This document shows, piece by piece, positions 1 to 9,459 of a stretch of DNA of 64,000 bases. Positions within the stretch are counted from its first letter, which is position 1; every line of letters begins with the position of its first letter. This stretch comes from Patescibacteria group bacterium (GTDB lineage Bacteria > Patescibacteriota > Microgenomatia > UBA1400 > PJMF01). Where the stretch lies: NCBI GenBank assembly GCA_049322655.1, contig JBMORP010000006.1, forward strand, positions 320,410-384,409. Direction: 5' to 3'. Made by a program: the position numbers and the translations under genes. The notes under the pieces are model-generated. The model saw only the letters and a list, made by a program, of their open reading frames with translations, searched no databases and was not told the origin of the DNA.

Positions 1-1268
1 TTCTCCATTTGACCACCCCAAAGCTCACCAATTTCATTACCAATAATTTCACTAACTTCAAAACCTGTATTAATCTTGGTTTGTGGATTAGCGTATAAAA
101 TTATTCCTTCTGTATCCGTAATCACAATTTGATCAGAAGCATTTTCCACAGCTAATAAAAATTTTTGTAAATCCTTATTTAAATTTTTAGCTAACTCTTC
201 AGCCCTATCTCTCAAGCGCTGCATATTAAAAATAATCAAGGCCAACAAAAAAGAAATTAAATTACCCAAAGCTAGAACTATTAAAGAAATTATCTTGCCA
301 GATAATGGAAAAACTTGATTTAAATCTGAAAAAAAAGTAATTGACCAATTTCTACTACCAATACTAACTAAAGACTTATGTACTGGGTAAATTGCTAAAT
401 AGTCTTGTTGATTGTCTAAAACACCTTTTTTATCAATAAATGAAAGCAGCTCTTCATTATTAAGATTATCAACTACTTGCATAGCTTTAATATCTTGAAG
501 TTGGGTAGTAGTGACCACTTCTTTGAAAAAATCCTTAGCTCTCACTATAACTTGAATTACCCCAATAAAGTTTTCTCGCCTTAGTTCTAAAGATTTAAGA
601 TCTGCATCAGTTTTATAAATGGGTAACATCATTAAAAATGATTTTTCATTGGGATGATCTGTTAATAAATGAATTGGCTCAGTAACTACCAAACCATTAG
701 TGTCTCTAGCCTTCTCAACTGCTAAGCTCCTACTTTCTTCAGCAGAATAGTCATAACCAAACACCGGACTATTCTCATTAAATGGTTCTAAGTAATGGAC
801 TATGTAGTGATCTTTTTTATCACTAAGCAACTTGGTGGTAAATTCTGGATAACCTTTATCAGACAATGATTTATCTAATCTGACTGATCTCTCATAACTT
901 TTAATATTTTCATTGTTAACCAACTTAATTAAAGCTAAACTACTGATAGCCGGGAAATTAGCTTCTATCTCCAAAGAATGATAATAATCACGCCATTCAT
1001 TTCTATCAACAAAATCACTTGAATTTAAAAATCCTCTAGCCGAAATAAGAATTGTTTCATAATTAGCTAAATGTTGCTTAATGGTATTGGTAATTGTTTG
1101 AGATTCAATAGTAAAATCATTCTGTTTTCGCTGATTCTCTATCTTGGCAATATCCTGAATTACAAGAACAAAGATAGCAATAGAAATAAACTGAAAAACA
1201 AAAAAAACTAAAAAAGGTAACTTTAATTGATGAAAAATTTTTGTGTGGGCAGTAATTAGCGAAAACAT
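1..1268 (-). CDS. Sensor protein, N-terminal part (TM - CHASE extracytoplasmic sensor domain - TM - PAS); presumed histidine kinase whose C-terminus lies beyond the left edge
   Basis: Minus-strand ORF starting at ATG 1266-1268 and open to the window edge. My translation shows a CHASE-like block (SYERSVR...GYDYSAEESRSLAVEKARDTNGLVVTEPIHL...LPIYK) between two hydrophobic segments, followed by a PAS-like segment (ITDTEGIILYANPQT...). It is not in the ORF track because it is incomplete. Confidence 0.55.
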   Translation of the reverse strand, partial: MFSLITAHTKIFHQLKLPFLVFFVFQFISIAIFVLVIQDIAKIENQRKQNDFTIESQTITNTIKQHLANYETILISARGFLNSSDFVDRNEWRDYYHSLEIEANFPAISSLALIKLVNNENIKSYERSVRLDKSLSDKGYPEFTTKLLSDKKDHYIVHYLEPFNENSPVFGYDYSAEESRSLAVEKARDTNGLVVTEPIHLLTDHPNEKSFLMMLPIYKTDADLKSLELRRENFIGVIQVIVRAKDFFKEVVTTTQLQDIKAMQVVDNLNNEELLSFIDKKGVLDNQQDYLAIYPVHKSLVSIGSRNWSITFFSDLNQVFPLSGKIISLIVLALGNLISFLLALIIFNMQRLRDRAEELAKNLNKDLQKFLLAVENASDQIVITDTEGIILYANPQTKINTGFEVSEIIGNEIGELWGGQME

Positions 1269-1275
1269 GGTTATC

Positions 1276-2289
1276 TTAAGGTAAAAACTCGTTTGTCTGA
1301 ATAAGATTCAAATCTAAATCATGTTTGATAAAGCCTTTTTCAACCATCTCTGTATAAAGCTGCAACCAACTATAATAGTTCATAGAACCAATGCTAGTAT
1401 TTGAATCTGGCTGAATTAATGGCTGACTTTTTTTCAAAATATATCTTTGATATTCTTCATTCAAATAAGAAGAATTAGTCACATATTTCATAGTATCTTT
1501 GATAGCCAATTCATTATCTTTAAAAGCTAACTCCCAACCCTTAACAGTAGCTGCCAAAAAATCACGAATTAATCCTGGGTTATTTTTTATTAATTCATTC
1601 CTAACAACAATTACATCATTATAAATATTAATTCCATATTCTTCTGGGTAAATAATGTTGTAACTTATATTCTGTTGATCAAAAAAGAATAGTTGATCTG
1701 TTCTATACAGAACATTAACATCAACTTTTTGTTGAAGGTCTTCCAACTCTTTAGTTTTAAAGTCTAAAGAAACTAAGTTAACATCTTCGAGTGATAAGCC
1801 AACCGAGTTTAAGAGCAAAGCATAAAAAATCTCTTCTTCTTTTTTGCCACCTTTATTACCCAGAGTTTTGCCAACGAAATCAGCTGGATTTTTAATTCCA
1901 GAGTCAGTTAAGGAAACTAAGGCAAAAGGAGAAAATTGATAAACAGTAGCGACAGCTGTTATTTCTGCCCCACTATCAACTGTTATCAGAAACTCTTCTG
2001 CACTCATTAGTTGAATATCTGTTCGGCCACTAATTAAGTCATCAGAGAGATTTGTTTCAAAATCAAATTCTTTAAAATTTACATCAAGGCCATTGCCACC
2101 ATAAAAACCTTGCTCTTGAGCAACAAACATTCCAGCAAATTGGGCTTGATTAACCCACTTTAACCCAACTGTAATCTCTGTTTTTCTACCAAAAAAATAA
2201 TACCAAATACTTAGCATAAACAACAAAAAAGCTAAAACCATGGATAAAGATACAGGAAAAAGTTTATTTACTTTCTTCATTGATTTCAT
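1276..2289 (-). CDS. Periplasmic solute-binding protein, NMT1/SsuA/TauA-like (ABC-type nitrate/sulfonate/bicarbonate SBP fold), probably the sensor partner of the downstream CHASE-PAS kinase
   Basis: 337 aa with an N-terminal signal/TM anchor and SBP-like composition. It sits 7 nt upstream of the sensor gene on the same strand. Confidence 0.5.
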   Translation of the reverse strand: MKSMKKVNKLFPVSLSMVLAFLLFMLSIWYYFFGRKTEITVGLKWVNQAQFAGMFVAQEQGFYGGNGLDVNFKEFDFETNLSDDLISGRTDIQLMSAEEFLITVDSGAEITAVATVYQFSPFALVSLTDSGIKNPADFVGKTLGNKGGKKEEEIFYALLLNSVGLSLEDVNLVSLDFKTKELEDLQQKVDVNVLYRTDQLFFFDQQNISYNIIYPEEYGINIYNDVIVVRNELIKNNPGLIRDFLAATVKGWELAFKDNELAIKDTMKYVTNSSYLNEEYQRYILKKSQPLIQPDSNTSIGSMNYYSWLQLYTEMVEKGFIKHDLDLNLIQTNEFLP

Positions 2290-2319
2290 AATAGCTGAAT
2301 TTATGGCATACTGGAAGAT

Positions 2320-4374
2320 GTGTTTAACTACATAAAAAACCCTTTTATCGTTCTTCTTTTAGTGACTATTTTTTCCAAAATAAATACTAATCTTGTTCTA
2401 GCTGCTCCTTGTGGCAATGGAGTTTGCCAGGCTTCTCAAAATGAAAACTGTCTTACTTGCTCTAACGACTGCGGAACCTGTCCTGTGCCAACTCCAACTA
2501 GCCAACCAACTCCTATTCCAACCACCTCTCCAACCAATCCCCCTCAAATTTCAGCCACACCTCAACCATCACCAACCAACACTCCATCAGCTTCAATAAC
2601 ACCACAGCCTTCACCCACTAGTTCAGGACCAACCCCAACTAGTTCTCCAACATCATCAATAGAACCCAGTAACTCAACCAACAACTTCACCACTGAAAAG
2701 ATTTATTACCCAAGCTTAAGCATTGCTAATTTCCCTAGCATCAATAATACTGGAATTATCTCTGGACAAGGTGCAACTAGTATTGAAGTAGGTACAGTTT
2801 CTAGAGTTGAGTATTCTTTTACTGAAGGTAGAGAATGGTTTTCATTACCTGTAAATAATAACCAATTTAATTTTTTAATTGATGATTTGAGCCATGGTTT
2901 ATATAGTTTTCAATTCAGAGCCATCAGTGACAAAAATATTTTTACTCCAACAAATAATTATTTAAAATATCCTCTAGCTGTTTCTTTAATTCCACCACAG
3001 GTTAGTTTTGACCAAATTAGTTATGATGAAACAAATAAAAGCAAAAATCCAAAAATTTCTGGGAAAATAGCAACTTTTTTATCTGAAGTTAGGTCTTTAG
3101 CTTATAGTTTGGATAATGGTAACAACTGGATTAGTTTACCAGCAACTAATAACTTTGATTTTAAATTACCACAATTAGAAGATGGCAATTATAATTTGAT
3201 TATTAGAGTTTTAGACACAGCAGGTAATGAAATCTTTAGCGATCCATTGGAAGTAATAATCGACACCATTCCACCTACTTTTGGTGGGATGTCTTTGACT
3301 GCTGGAAGACAAAGTCTTGATGATCTAAGTAGCAACTTACAAATTTTTCCCACTAACACCTTTGATGTTTTTGTTAGTTTAAAAGGTGGTGTTACTCAGG
3401 CTGAAATTATTATTGGCAACAAAAACTTTGCTCTGAAACCAAAGCCTGGTAACAGAATTTGGACTGCCAAAATTGATAACCTAAATCCAGGAGAAGATTT
3501 GTTAATTTTAAAAGCAAAAGATGGAGCAGACAATCAACTAACCAAAAATCTAATTAATTTAACAGTTAACCAACCTCAACCAATAATTGATGTTGAAACT
3601 AAAGAATTATTGCAAAACGTTACTGCTACTGTTTACTATTTTGATCCTATCAAAAATAAACCAACTCTTTGGGATGCAACTGCTTATGGTCAAACAAATC
3701 CACAAACCATTGATAATTACTTAGGGATGATCCTTCCTCAAGGTAAATATTATATTAAATTTGATCACCAGCAATATCCAACTGTCCAAACAAATATTTT
3801 TGAGTTGAATCAATCAACTCTTATTTCTTTTCCTGTTTATTTCAAAAAAGAACAAAATTTTATCAAAAAATTATTTTTTAAATGGTGGCCACAACAATTA
3901 AATCTAGATAATGAAGATTTAGTTTTCAAATCAACTGTGTCCGCTCAACCTGTCAATGAAAAAGATACAAAAACAAGTTCAGATTCATTTACCTTTGTTG
4001 ATGTTTTTTCTAAACAAGATTTAAATTCAGAAAATCTGCAACCCAATACTTTATTAATTTTCCTTGCACCTTGGACAGATGATTCTTTGGTCACCATTTC
4101 CTATCTAGATCAATATCTTAAAATTAATGAAAAAAATCGCTCTAAATTAAAAATTATTTTCCCTCACGAATCTGTTGGCTCTACCTTGGCTTTTATTAAT
4201 CGAGGACGTTATGATTTACCAATTTACGTTGATCCAGATGGAACAAATATTGAGCTTTTTAACCTCACTTATTTGCCGCAGGCCTTCTTGATTGACCAAA
4301 ATAAACAAATTAAAACTACAGTTTTGGGTAAAAAATCAATTTTAGAGTTAGTAGAAAAAGTCTTAGAAAACTAG
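2320..4374 (+). CDS. Large secreted/surface protein: Cys-rich N-module, Pro/Thr/Ser linker, tandem Ig-like (BIG-like) repeats, C-terminal TlpA-like thioredoxin fold lacking CxxC
   Basis: Signal peptide, then CGNGVCQASQNENCLTCSNDCGTC. A PT-rich low-complexity stretch follows. Two repeats of about 100 aa (…VSRVEYSFTEGREWFSLP… / …VRSLAYSLDNGNNWISLP…). The C-terminus aligns with the TlpA/ResA pattern (LIFLAPWTDDSL… LPQAFLIDQNKQI) but has no cysteines. Confidence 0.55.
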   Translation: MFNYIKNPFIVLLLVTIFSKINTNLVLAAPCGNGVCQASQNENCLTCSNDCGTCPVPTPTSQPTPIPTTSPTNPPQISATPQPSPTNTPSASITPQPSPTSSGPTPTSSPTSSIEPSNSTNNFTTEKIYYPSLSIANFPSINNTGIISGQGATSIEVGTVSRVEYSFTEGREWFSLPVNNNQFNFLIDDLSHGLYSFQFRAISDKNIFTPTNNYLKYPLAVSLIPPQVSFDQISYDETNKSKNPKISGKIATFLSEVRSLAYSLDNGNNWISLPATNNFDFKLPQLEDGNYNLIIRVLDTAGNEIFSDPLEVIIDTIPPTFGGMSLTAGRQSLDDLSSNLQIFPTNTFDVFVSLKGGVTQAEIIIGNKNFALKPKPGNRIWTAKIDNLNPGEDLLILKAKDGADNQLTKNLINLTVNQPQPIIDVETKELLQNVTATVYYFDPIKNKPTLWDATAYGQTNPQTIDNYLGMILPQGKYYIKFDHQQYPTVQTNIFELNQSTLISFPVYFKKEQNFIKKLFFKWWPQQLNLDNEDLVFKSTVSAQPVNEKDTKTSSDSFTFVDVFSKQDLNSENLQPNTLLIFLAPWTDDSLVTISYLDQYLKINEKNRSKLKIIFPHESVGSTLAFINRGRYDLPIYVDPDGTNIELFNLTYLPQAFLIDQNKQIKTTVLGKKSILELVEKVLEN

Positions 4375-4408
4375 GATAATGAAACAAAATAAGGAAATAT
4401 AAAAATAT

Positions 4409-5986
4409 ATGATTGCAACACTCTTTGCTGTTAATCTCCATTTCGGATTATATGTATTAGGTGCGTTGATTCTTTTTTCTATCGGCTGGTTATACCTTGA
4501 TTCATGGAAAAATACTCACAAGAATGGTTTTACTTTTTTTTATATTTTAGGTTATATCCTTCTGGCCATAGGCTGGCTAGGAAAAGCTGTTCAAAACACT
4601 ACTCCAGTTATTAATGCAACTGTAGAAATAGTTAATATTTTAGGATTAAATATTATTCTTTCGGGACTAATCATTGAACCACTTCTTAAGCCTCCGTCAC
4701 AAAAAAAAGTTCTTAAAATAAGCTTAGTTATCCCAGTTGCTCTACTAGGTTGGATATTTATTCCTCCAAAAATTTTATTATTAGCTGCAATCACTATTTT
4801 GTACTTAATCAAAATTAATCGTGGCTACCAAAAACAACTTAAATTTGCAGCTATTGGGTTCTTTTTATTAACCATTGCTTCTATTTTGGAACTACAAGAA
4901 CCACTAGTAAAAATTAGTAACAATGTAGTTTTGGAACAATTACTAACAAATTATGGAATTTTTTGGTATTTACATAAAATATTTTTATTTTTAGGAATTA
5001 CTAGCTTAATAGCCTGGAGCTGGAGCTACCTTAGATTTAGGTTTCAATCACAACTTTTTTTATCTCTAACAAGTGTGGTAGTAGTTATTTTTTTGACAAC
5101 GACAACTGGTTTCACCTGGTTGTTACTACGTAATTTAGAAACAACCATTTTAAGTGGCTTGAAAACAAATATCCATGTTTTTGAATATGCTTTAGAGAAA
5201 AATCAACTAGAACAACTAGCAATTAATAAAAGCATTGCTGCTAACTCACAGCTACCAGCTGCTATAAATAATGAGTTAACTCCAAACCAGATCTCAGAGC
5301 TAACCAGCCAGTTGATGTTAAACAATCAAGCTAGCTTCTTACACTTAATTAACTCTAATGGTGAAGTTGTTCATCGAGTAGAAAATGAGTCACGAAGTGG
5401 TGATTCTGTTGCTGATGAACCAATGATTAAAAAAGCTTTGGCCGGTTACTCACAAAGTGCAATTAGAATTGATCATAGTTTAATGACTCCTCAACTATTA
5501 ATTGAAGCGGCCTCACCGATCTTCGATATAGATGGAAAAAATGTTATCGGAGTAGTCAGTTCTGGCTTTAGTATTGATAACGCTTTTGTTGATGGTATTA
5601 AAGCTGTTACAAATCTAGAAACAACAGTTTTTGCTGATAAACAAAGAATAGCAACCACAATTACCGCCGAAGACGGAATAACTCGTTATCTGGGTACTAA
5701 TGAGAGTAATGGTGAAATTCTAAACCAAGTGTTGGACCAAGGTAATTATTTTTTAGGATCAACAAAAATTATTAATATTCCTTATTATGTCGCTTATGCC
5801 CCGCTAAAAGATTTAAATAGCCAACCAATTGGAATGTTAGCTGTTGGCTCACTTCAAACTAACTTAGAAAATTTGACTGCAGAATCAATCCGTTTAACCT
5901 TTGCAGTAAGTGCTGGCTTGATTGTAATTAGCGTTGCTCCTATCTATTTTTTTTCTAGAAAAATAGAAGAGTATTTAGTAACCTAA
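4409..5986 (+). CDS. Polytopic membrane protein with extracytoplasmic Cache-like sensor domain and no recognisable output domain
   Basis: About 8 predicted TM helices and then a roughly 250 aa soluble region with Cache-like features (…IDGKNVIGVVSSGFSIDNAFVD…YYVAYAPLKDLNSQPIGMLAVG…). It ends shortly after a final TM helix. Confidence 0.45.
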   Translation: MIATLFAVNLHFGLYVLGALILFSIGWLYLDSWKNTHKNGFTFFYILGYILLAIGWLGKAVQNTTPVINATVEIVNILGLNIILSGLIIEPLLKPPSQKKVLKISLVIPVALLGWIFIPPKILLLAAITILYLIKINRGYQKQLKFAAIGFFLLTIASILELQEPLVKISNNVVLEQLLTNYGIFWYLHKIFLFLGITSLIAWSWSYLRFRFQSQLFLSLTSVVVVIFLTTTTGFTWLLLRNLETTILSGLKTNIHVFEYALEKNQLEQLAINKSIAANSQLPAAINNELTPNQISELTSQLMLNNQASFLHLINSNGEVVHRVENESRSGDSVADEPMIKKALAGYSQSAIRIDHSLMTPQLLIEAASPIFDIDGKNVIGVVSSGFSIDNAFVDGIKAVTNLETTVFADKQRIATTITAEDGITRYLGTNESNGEILNQVLDQGNYFLGSTKIINIPYYVAYAPLKDLNSQPIGMLAVGSLQTNLENLTAESIRLTFAVSAGLIVISVAPIYFFSRKIEEYLVT

Positions 5987-5994
5987 AAACTGAT

Positions 5995-6486
5995 TTATAA
6001 ATCTTCAACAGTGACTTGGACTTTGTCAGATTCAATTTTATCTTGATTTAAGTGTTGAGAATCTTCATTTGAAGCTGGCTTAATTTTTGTTTTAACTTGC
6101 AATACTTCATGAGTATATCCAGATATAATTTCATTAACCTTTTGAACAATCTCTTTTGGAGTATAACTGGCCTTAACTAGATAAGCCACTGCCCCAGCCT
6201 CAAGTGCTGCTTCACTATCTTTTTCGCTACTACCAACATTGGTTAACATTACAACAGGAATAGACTTATGTTTTTCATCAGCCTTTAATTTTTTTAATGT
6301 CTCTAAGCCATTCAACTCTGGCATCATGACATCTAATAAAATTACTTCTGGTTTAAAATTATTTAGTTGATCAAAAAGTAAATTACCATCACTAGCAGTT
6401 ATAACTTGATGTCCATCAAGTTCAAACTTTTTTTGATACATTCTGATTAATAATGGGTCGTCATCGACAAGGAGAATTTTTGCCAT
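5995..6486 (-). CDS. Single-domain response regulator (CheY-like receiver) with a short C-terminal tail
   Basis: KILLVDDDPLL… DVMMPELNGLETLKKLK … PVVMLTNVG … AYLVKA are receiver-domain hallmarks, including the phospho-accepting Asp context. Confidence 0.8.
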   Translation of the reverse strand: MAKILLVDDDPLLIRMYQKKFELDGHQVITASDGNLLFDQLNNFKPEVILLDVMMPELNGLETLKKLKADEKHKSIPVVMLTNVGSSEKDSEAALEAGAVAYLVKASYTPKEIVQKVNEIISGYTHEVLQVKTKIKPASNEDSQHLNQDKIESDKVQVTVEDL

Positions 6487-6538
6487 ATCTCAACTTTAGC
6501 ACATCTTTCTATCTACTTCAGCAACAACTTTATAAACT

Positions 6539-7336
6539 CTATATTGGCCTGCGAATCATTAAGTAAACTCGACCGTGATCAGTAGAAAAAGTAAGATTAA
6601 TAGAATAGTCTCCATCTTGCCATTTCATTAGACCAGTTTTTTCATCAAAACTATAATTTGTTTGAAGCTGATATTTTTCTTGATAACTTTTAATCAAGTT
6701 AGCTCTCTCTTTAGTTTCTGCTGACAAGGAAAAATATTGCCAATACTCTACTTCACCACCTTTTTGGTTCAATAAACCAAAACTACTTTCATACTCAACC
6801 AACGATTCATCTAAAGCAACAAGTTCTGGGTAATCTTGAAAATAACGATTAGCTTTTTGATATTCAGCTGTTGGTAAATAAACTTGGAGATAAGCATAAT
6901 TCTGTGGGTTATTACCATAATGTGAGGCAGAAACTTTATACTTACCGATTTGCCCCTCGATTGTTTCTGGTGAGGTTGCAATTTCATTAACTTCACTCAT
7001 TAGCGAACGATAATAAGCTAACAGTTCTGTTGGGTTAGCCTCTGTTTCAAAAACAACATTGTAATAATTAACTGGTTGGCCAAAATAACCAGCAAAGTTA
7101 TTAGGATCATCGTTAACAAAAAACTTAGAAGCACTTACTTTTTTTAATTTATACAATGGCACTGTTTCCACTGGATAATCAGCTAACAAATAATTTTTTT
7201 CACCAAGATTAGAAGTAGCCTGTTCCGTCTTCATTGCTGAACCATTACTAGAATCTTTAAAATAAAAACGACCTAACAAACCAGCACTTAATAAAATCAA
7301 TAAAATAACCACAACCAAAGATTTTTTAGTTTTCAT
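6539..7336 (-). CDS. Hypothetical secreted/membrane-anchored protein
   Basis: ORF with the probable true start at MKTKKSLVVVILLILLSAG (ATG at 7334-7336) and a signal-anchor; no recognisable domain. Confidence 0.45.
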   Translation of the reverse strand: MKTKKSLVVVILLILLSAGLLGRFYFKDSSNGSAMKTEQATSNLGEKNYLLADYPVETVPLYKLKKVSASKFFVNDDPNNFAGYFGQPVNYYNVVFETEANPTELLAYYRSLMSEVNEIATSPETIEGQIGKYKVSASHYGNNPQNYAYLQVYLPTAEYQKANRYFQDYPELVALDESLVEYESSFGLLNQKGGEVEYWQYFSLSAETKERANLIKSYQEKYQLQTNYSFDEKTGLMKWQDGDYSINLTFSTDHGRVYLMIRRPI

Positions 7337-7371
7337 AGTTAAGACTAATTGTAACAGCAAAACTCACTAGG

Positions 7372-8181
7372 TTGTATAATACCAACCTTACTAAGATGCC
7401 AATAACAAAAGAGCAACTTCAATATGTAGCGCTAGACGACCAAGGAGCCGGTAGGTGTGGGATTGGTGAAGCCACTTTGGGTAGCTTTCTTGGTAAAACA
7501 GGCCAGGATGAAACAACAACTCCTGAGACTGAAAAGACTTCTCAAAATTTATTTGCCAATATTATGCGTGCTGGAATAAACCCACCAGATTCCGGTAGAA
7601 CGGAGCTCCATCCTTTAGTCACTGATTTAATCAAGAAACAATTTGGCATCGAGTTCGCTGATAAAAAAATTCACTTGCTTAGACCAGACGATGTAACAGG
7701 TAAATCGCTAGTCATGGTTTTATCAACTGATTTAGATTCAGTCCCAGCTTATGTTTTAACCCAAGCTTTTGATGTCTTACATGCACCAATCAGAGACCCT
7801 TTCCCTAATCTAGAACAAGACCTAGGTTCAGCTGCTGCTCAAATATATTTTTATGCATTTTTACTAGCTTATGTAGTTGAAAATCGCTTTGAGGAACTAG
7901 GAACAAGTCGAGATGAACAAGGCAGAATTATTCCTCGTAACTTATTAAATTTCCATCCAGCTGAATGGGAAAAAGAGTTTTTTGCCGATATTTTCGGGCT
8001 AGCAACAATCAAACTCCCAGCTTCAGGAATGACGATTTTATTAGAAAGAAGAACAACCACAGAGTTTGACTCTTTGGGCAAGGAGCCCCCAGAAAATCCT
8101 GGAAGATCTTTTTTTGATGATGAATGGGGTGAACAATCACTACTATCTAAACCTGGATCATTTTTGGGGGGGAGATTTTAA
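7372..8181 (+). CDS. Hypothetical protein (co-oriented, immediately upstream of the LRR-kinase gene)
   Basis: 269 aa ORF at about 45% GC, which is similar to core genes here; no recognisable motif. Confidence 0.4.
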   Translation: MYNTNLTKMPITKEQLQYVALDDQGAGRCGIGEATLGSFLGKTGQDETTTPETEKTSQNLFANIMRAGINPPDSGRTELHPLVTDLIKKQFGIEFADKKIHLLRPDDVTGKSLVMVLSTDLDSVPAYVLTQAFDVLHAPIRDPFPNLEQDLGSAAAQIYFYAFLLAYVVENRFEELGTSRDEQGRIIPRNLLNFHPAEWEKEFFADIFGLATIKLPASGMTILLERRTTTEFDSLGKEPPENPGRSFFDDEWGEQSLLSKPGSFLGGRF

Positions 8182-8226
8182 ACCAACCAACCAAAACTCT
8201 GATTAAAAATTGATATAATCTGCTTA

Positions 8227-9429
8227 ATGAATGACTTCCCACCAACCACCACAGTTTTAGATCTATCTGCAAAAAACCTTGATCAGCTACCTCAATGGGT
8301 AACAACCTTAAAAAACTTAAAAGTTCTATTTCTATCAAATAATAATTTTAAAAAAATTCCTCAAGAAATCAACCAATTAGAAAACCTAGAATTTCTGGGA
8401 ATGAAATCATGCCAATTAACAACCTTAGAGATTAATTCAATACCAAAAAATATTAGGTGGCTAACTTTAACTGATAATAAAATTAACAAAATTCCTAAAG
8501 ACATTGGTCAACTTGAAAAGCTTGAAAAGCTACTTTTAGCTGGGAACCAAATTACAGCTATACCTGAAGAAATCATTGATTGTAAAAACCTAGCTTTACT
8601 AAGAATTTCAGCCAATAAATTAAAAAAATCACCATTTTCCCTAATTAAAAAACTGCCAAATTTGGCCTGGTATGCTGATGCTGGCAATCCTTTTTCTTTG
8701 AAAAAAACACATCAAGAAATAAATATTCCCAAAATTAATTGGGCAGATATAAAAATTAAATCAATGTTGGGAGCAAGCGCTCAAAATAAAATTTACCAAA
8801 CCTCAGTTAAAGGCCTAAAAGATGAAGTGGCAATCAAAATCTTTGGCAGTAAAATCAGCAGTGACGGTTACCCACAAGATGATTTAATCATTAGTATCTT
8901 AGCTGGCAAACATCCTAACATTATTGAGACACTTTTTGAAATAACTGACGAACCAACTAACAAATTTGCTATCGCTCTAAAAAAAATAGACAAAAAATTT
9001 TTAAACTTGGGTTTCCCTCCCAGTTTTGCTACTTGCTACCGCGATACATTTGCCGAAAATCAAAAATTTACAAGTAACTTTATTTTAAAAGTATTACAAC
9101 AGGTTAGTTCTGCTTATACACACCTACATCAACTAGGAATCATGAATGGAGATTTATATGCTCACAACATTTTAACAAAGCCAAATGGAGAAACCTACCT
9201 TGGTGATTTTGGAGCTGCTTCTTTATACGATAAAGATCTCGAACCAGAAAGAGAAGCAATTGATGTTAGAGCCTTTGGTTTTTTGATTGCAGACTTACTT
9301 GATCATACTGCAGCAGTAGAAACAGAAAATTACCACAAATTAGAACACCTCAAAAATCTTTGTTTAGCAACAGAAATAAATAAAAGACCAACTTTCAAAA
9401 AAATTAATTCAATTTTAAAAAATATTTAG
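8227..9429 (+). CDS. Leucine-rich-repeat protein fused to a eukaryote-like Ser/Thr protein kinase domain (cytoplasmic, no signal peptide)
   Basis: The N-terminal half has about 6 LRRs (LxxLxLxxNxLxxIP: LKNLKVLFLSNNNFKKIP, LTLTDNKINKIP, LLLAGNQITAIP…). The C-terminal half has a beta3 VAIK motif (VAIKIF), a catalytic loop NGDLYAHNIL (HRD-like D and N retained) and DFG (LGDFGAA). Confidence 0.65.
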   Translation: MNDFPPTTTVLDLSAKNLDQLPQWVTTLKNLKVLFLSNNNFKKIPQEINQLENLEFLGMKSCQLTTLEINSIPKNIRWLTLTDNKINKIPKDIGQLEKLEKLLLAGNQITAIPEEIIDCKNLALLRISANKLKKSPFSLIKKLPNLAWYADAGNPFSLKKTHQEINIPKINWADIKIKSMLGASAQNKIYQTSVKGLKDEVAIKIFGSKISSDGYPQDDLIISILAGKHPNIIETLFEITDEPTNKFAIALKKIDKKFLNLGFPPSFATCYRDTFAENQKFTSNFILKVLQQVSSAYTHLHQLGIMNGDLYAHNILTKPNGETYLGDFGAASLYDKDLEPEREAIDVRAFGFLIADLLDHTAAVETENYHKLEHLKNLCLATEINKRPTFKKINSILKNI

Positions 9430-9459
9430 TTTTATTTAATTAATAAAACAAACAACTAA

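Noticed and set aside
2411-2599. Short ORFs in the track that overlap larger genes, often antisense (for example 2411..2599, 4591..4812, 6811..6996, 7869..8081, 11433..11714, 12465..13700 group, 14871..15405 group, 17675..18089, 19771..19968, 27412..28201, 28774..29070, 56419..57095, 61196..61976 group)
   Set aside because: They lie fully inside well-supported genes or antisense to them and have low-complexity or frame-shadow composition, so they are considered non-coding artefacts.
7372-8181. Moderately elevated GC (about 45%) of the hypothetical gene upstream of the LRR-kinase, considered as a second foreign island
   Set aside because: Conserved core genes in this window (rpoD, map, recA) show similar GC. 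Only the 21.5-23.4 kb region (55-62%) is a clear outlier.
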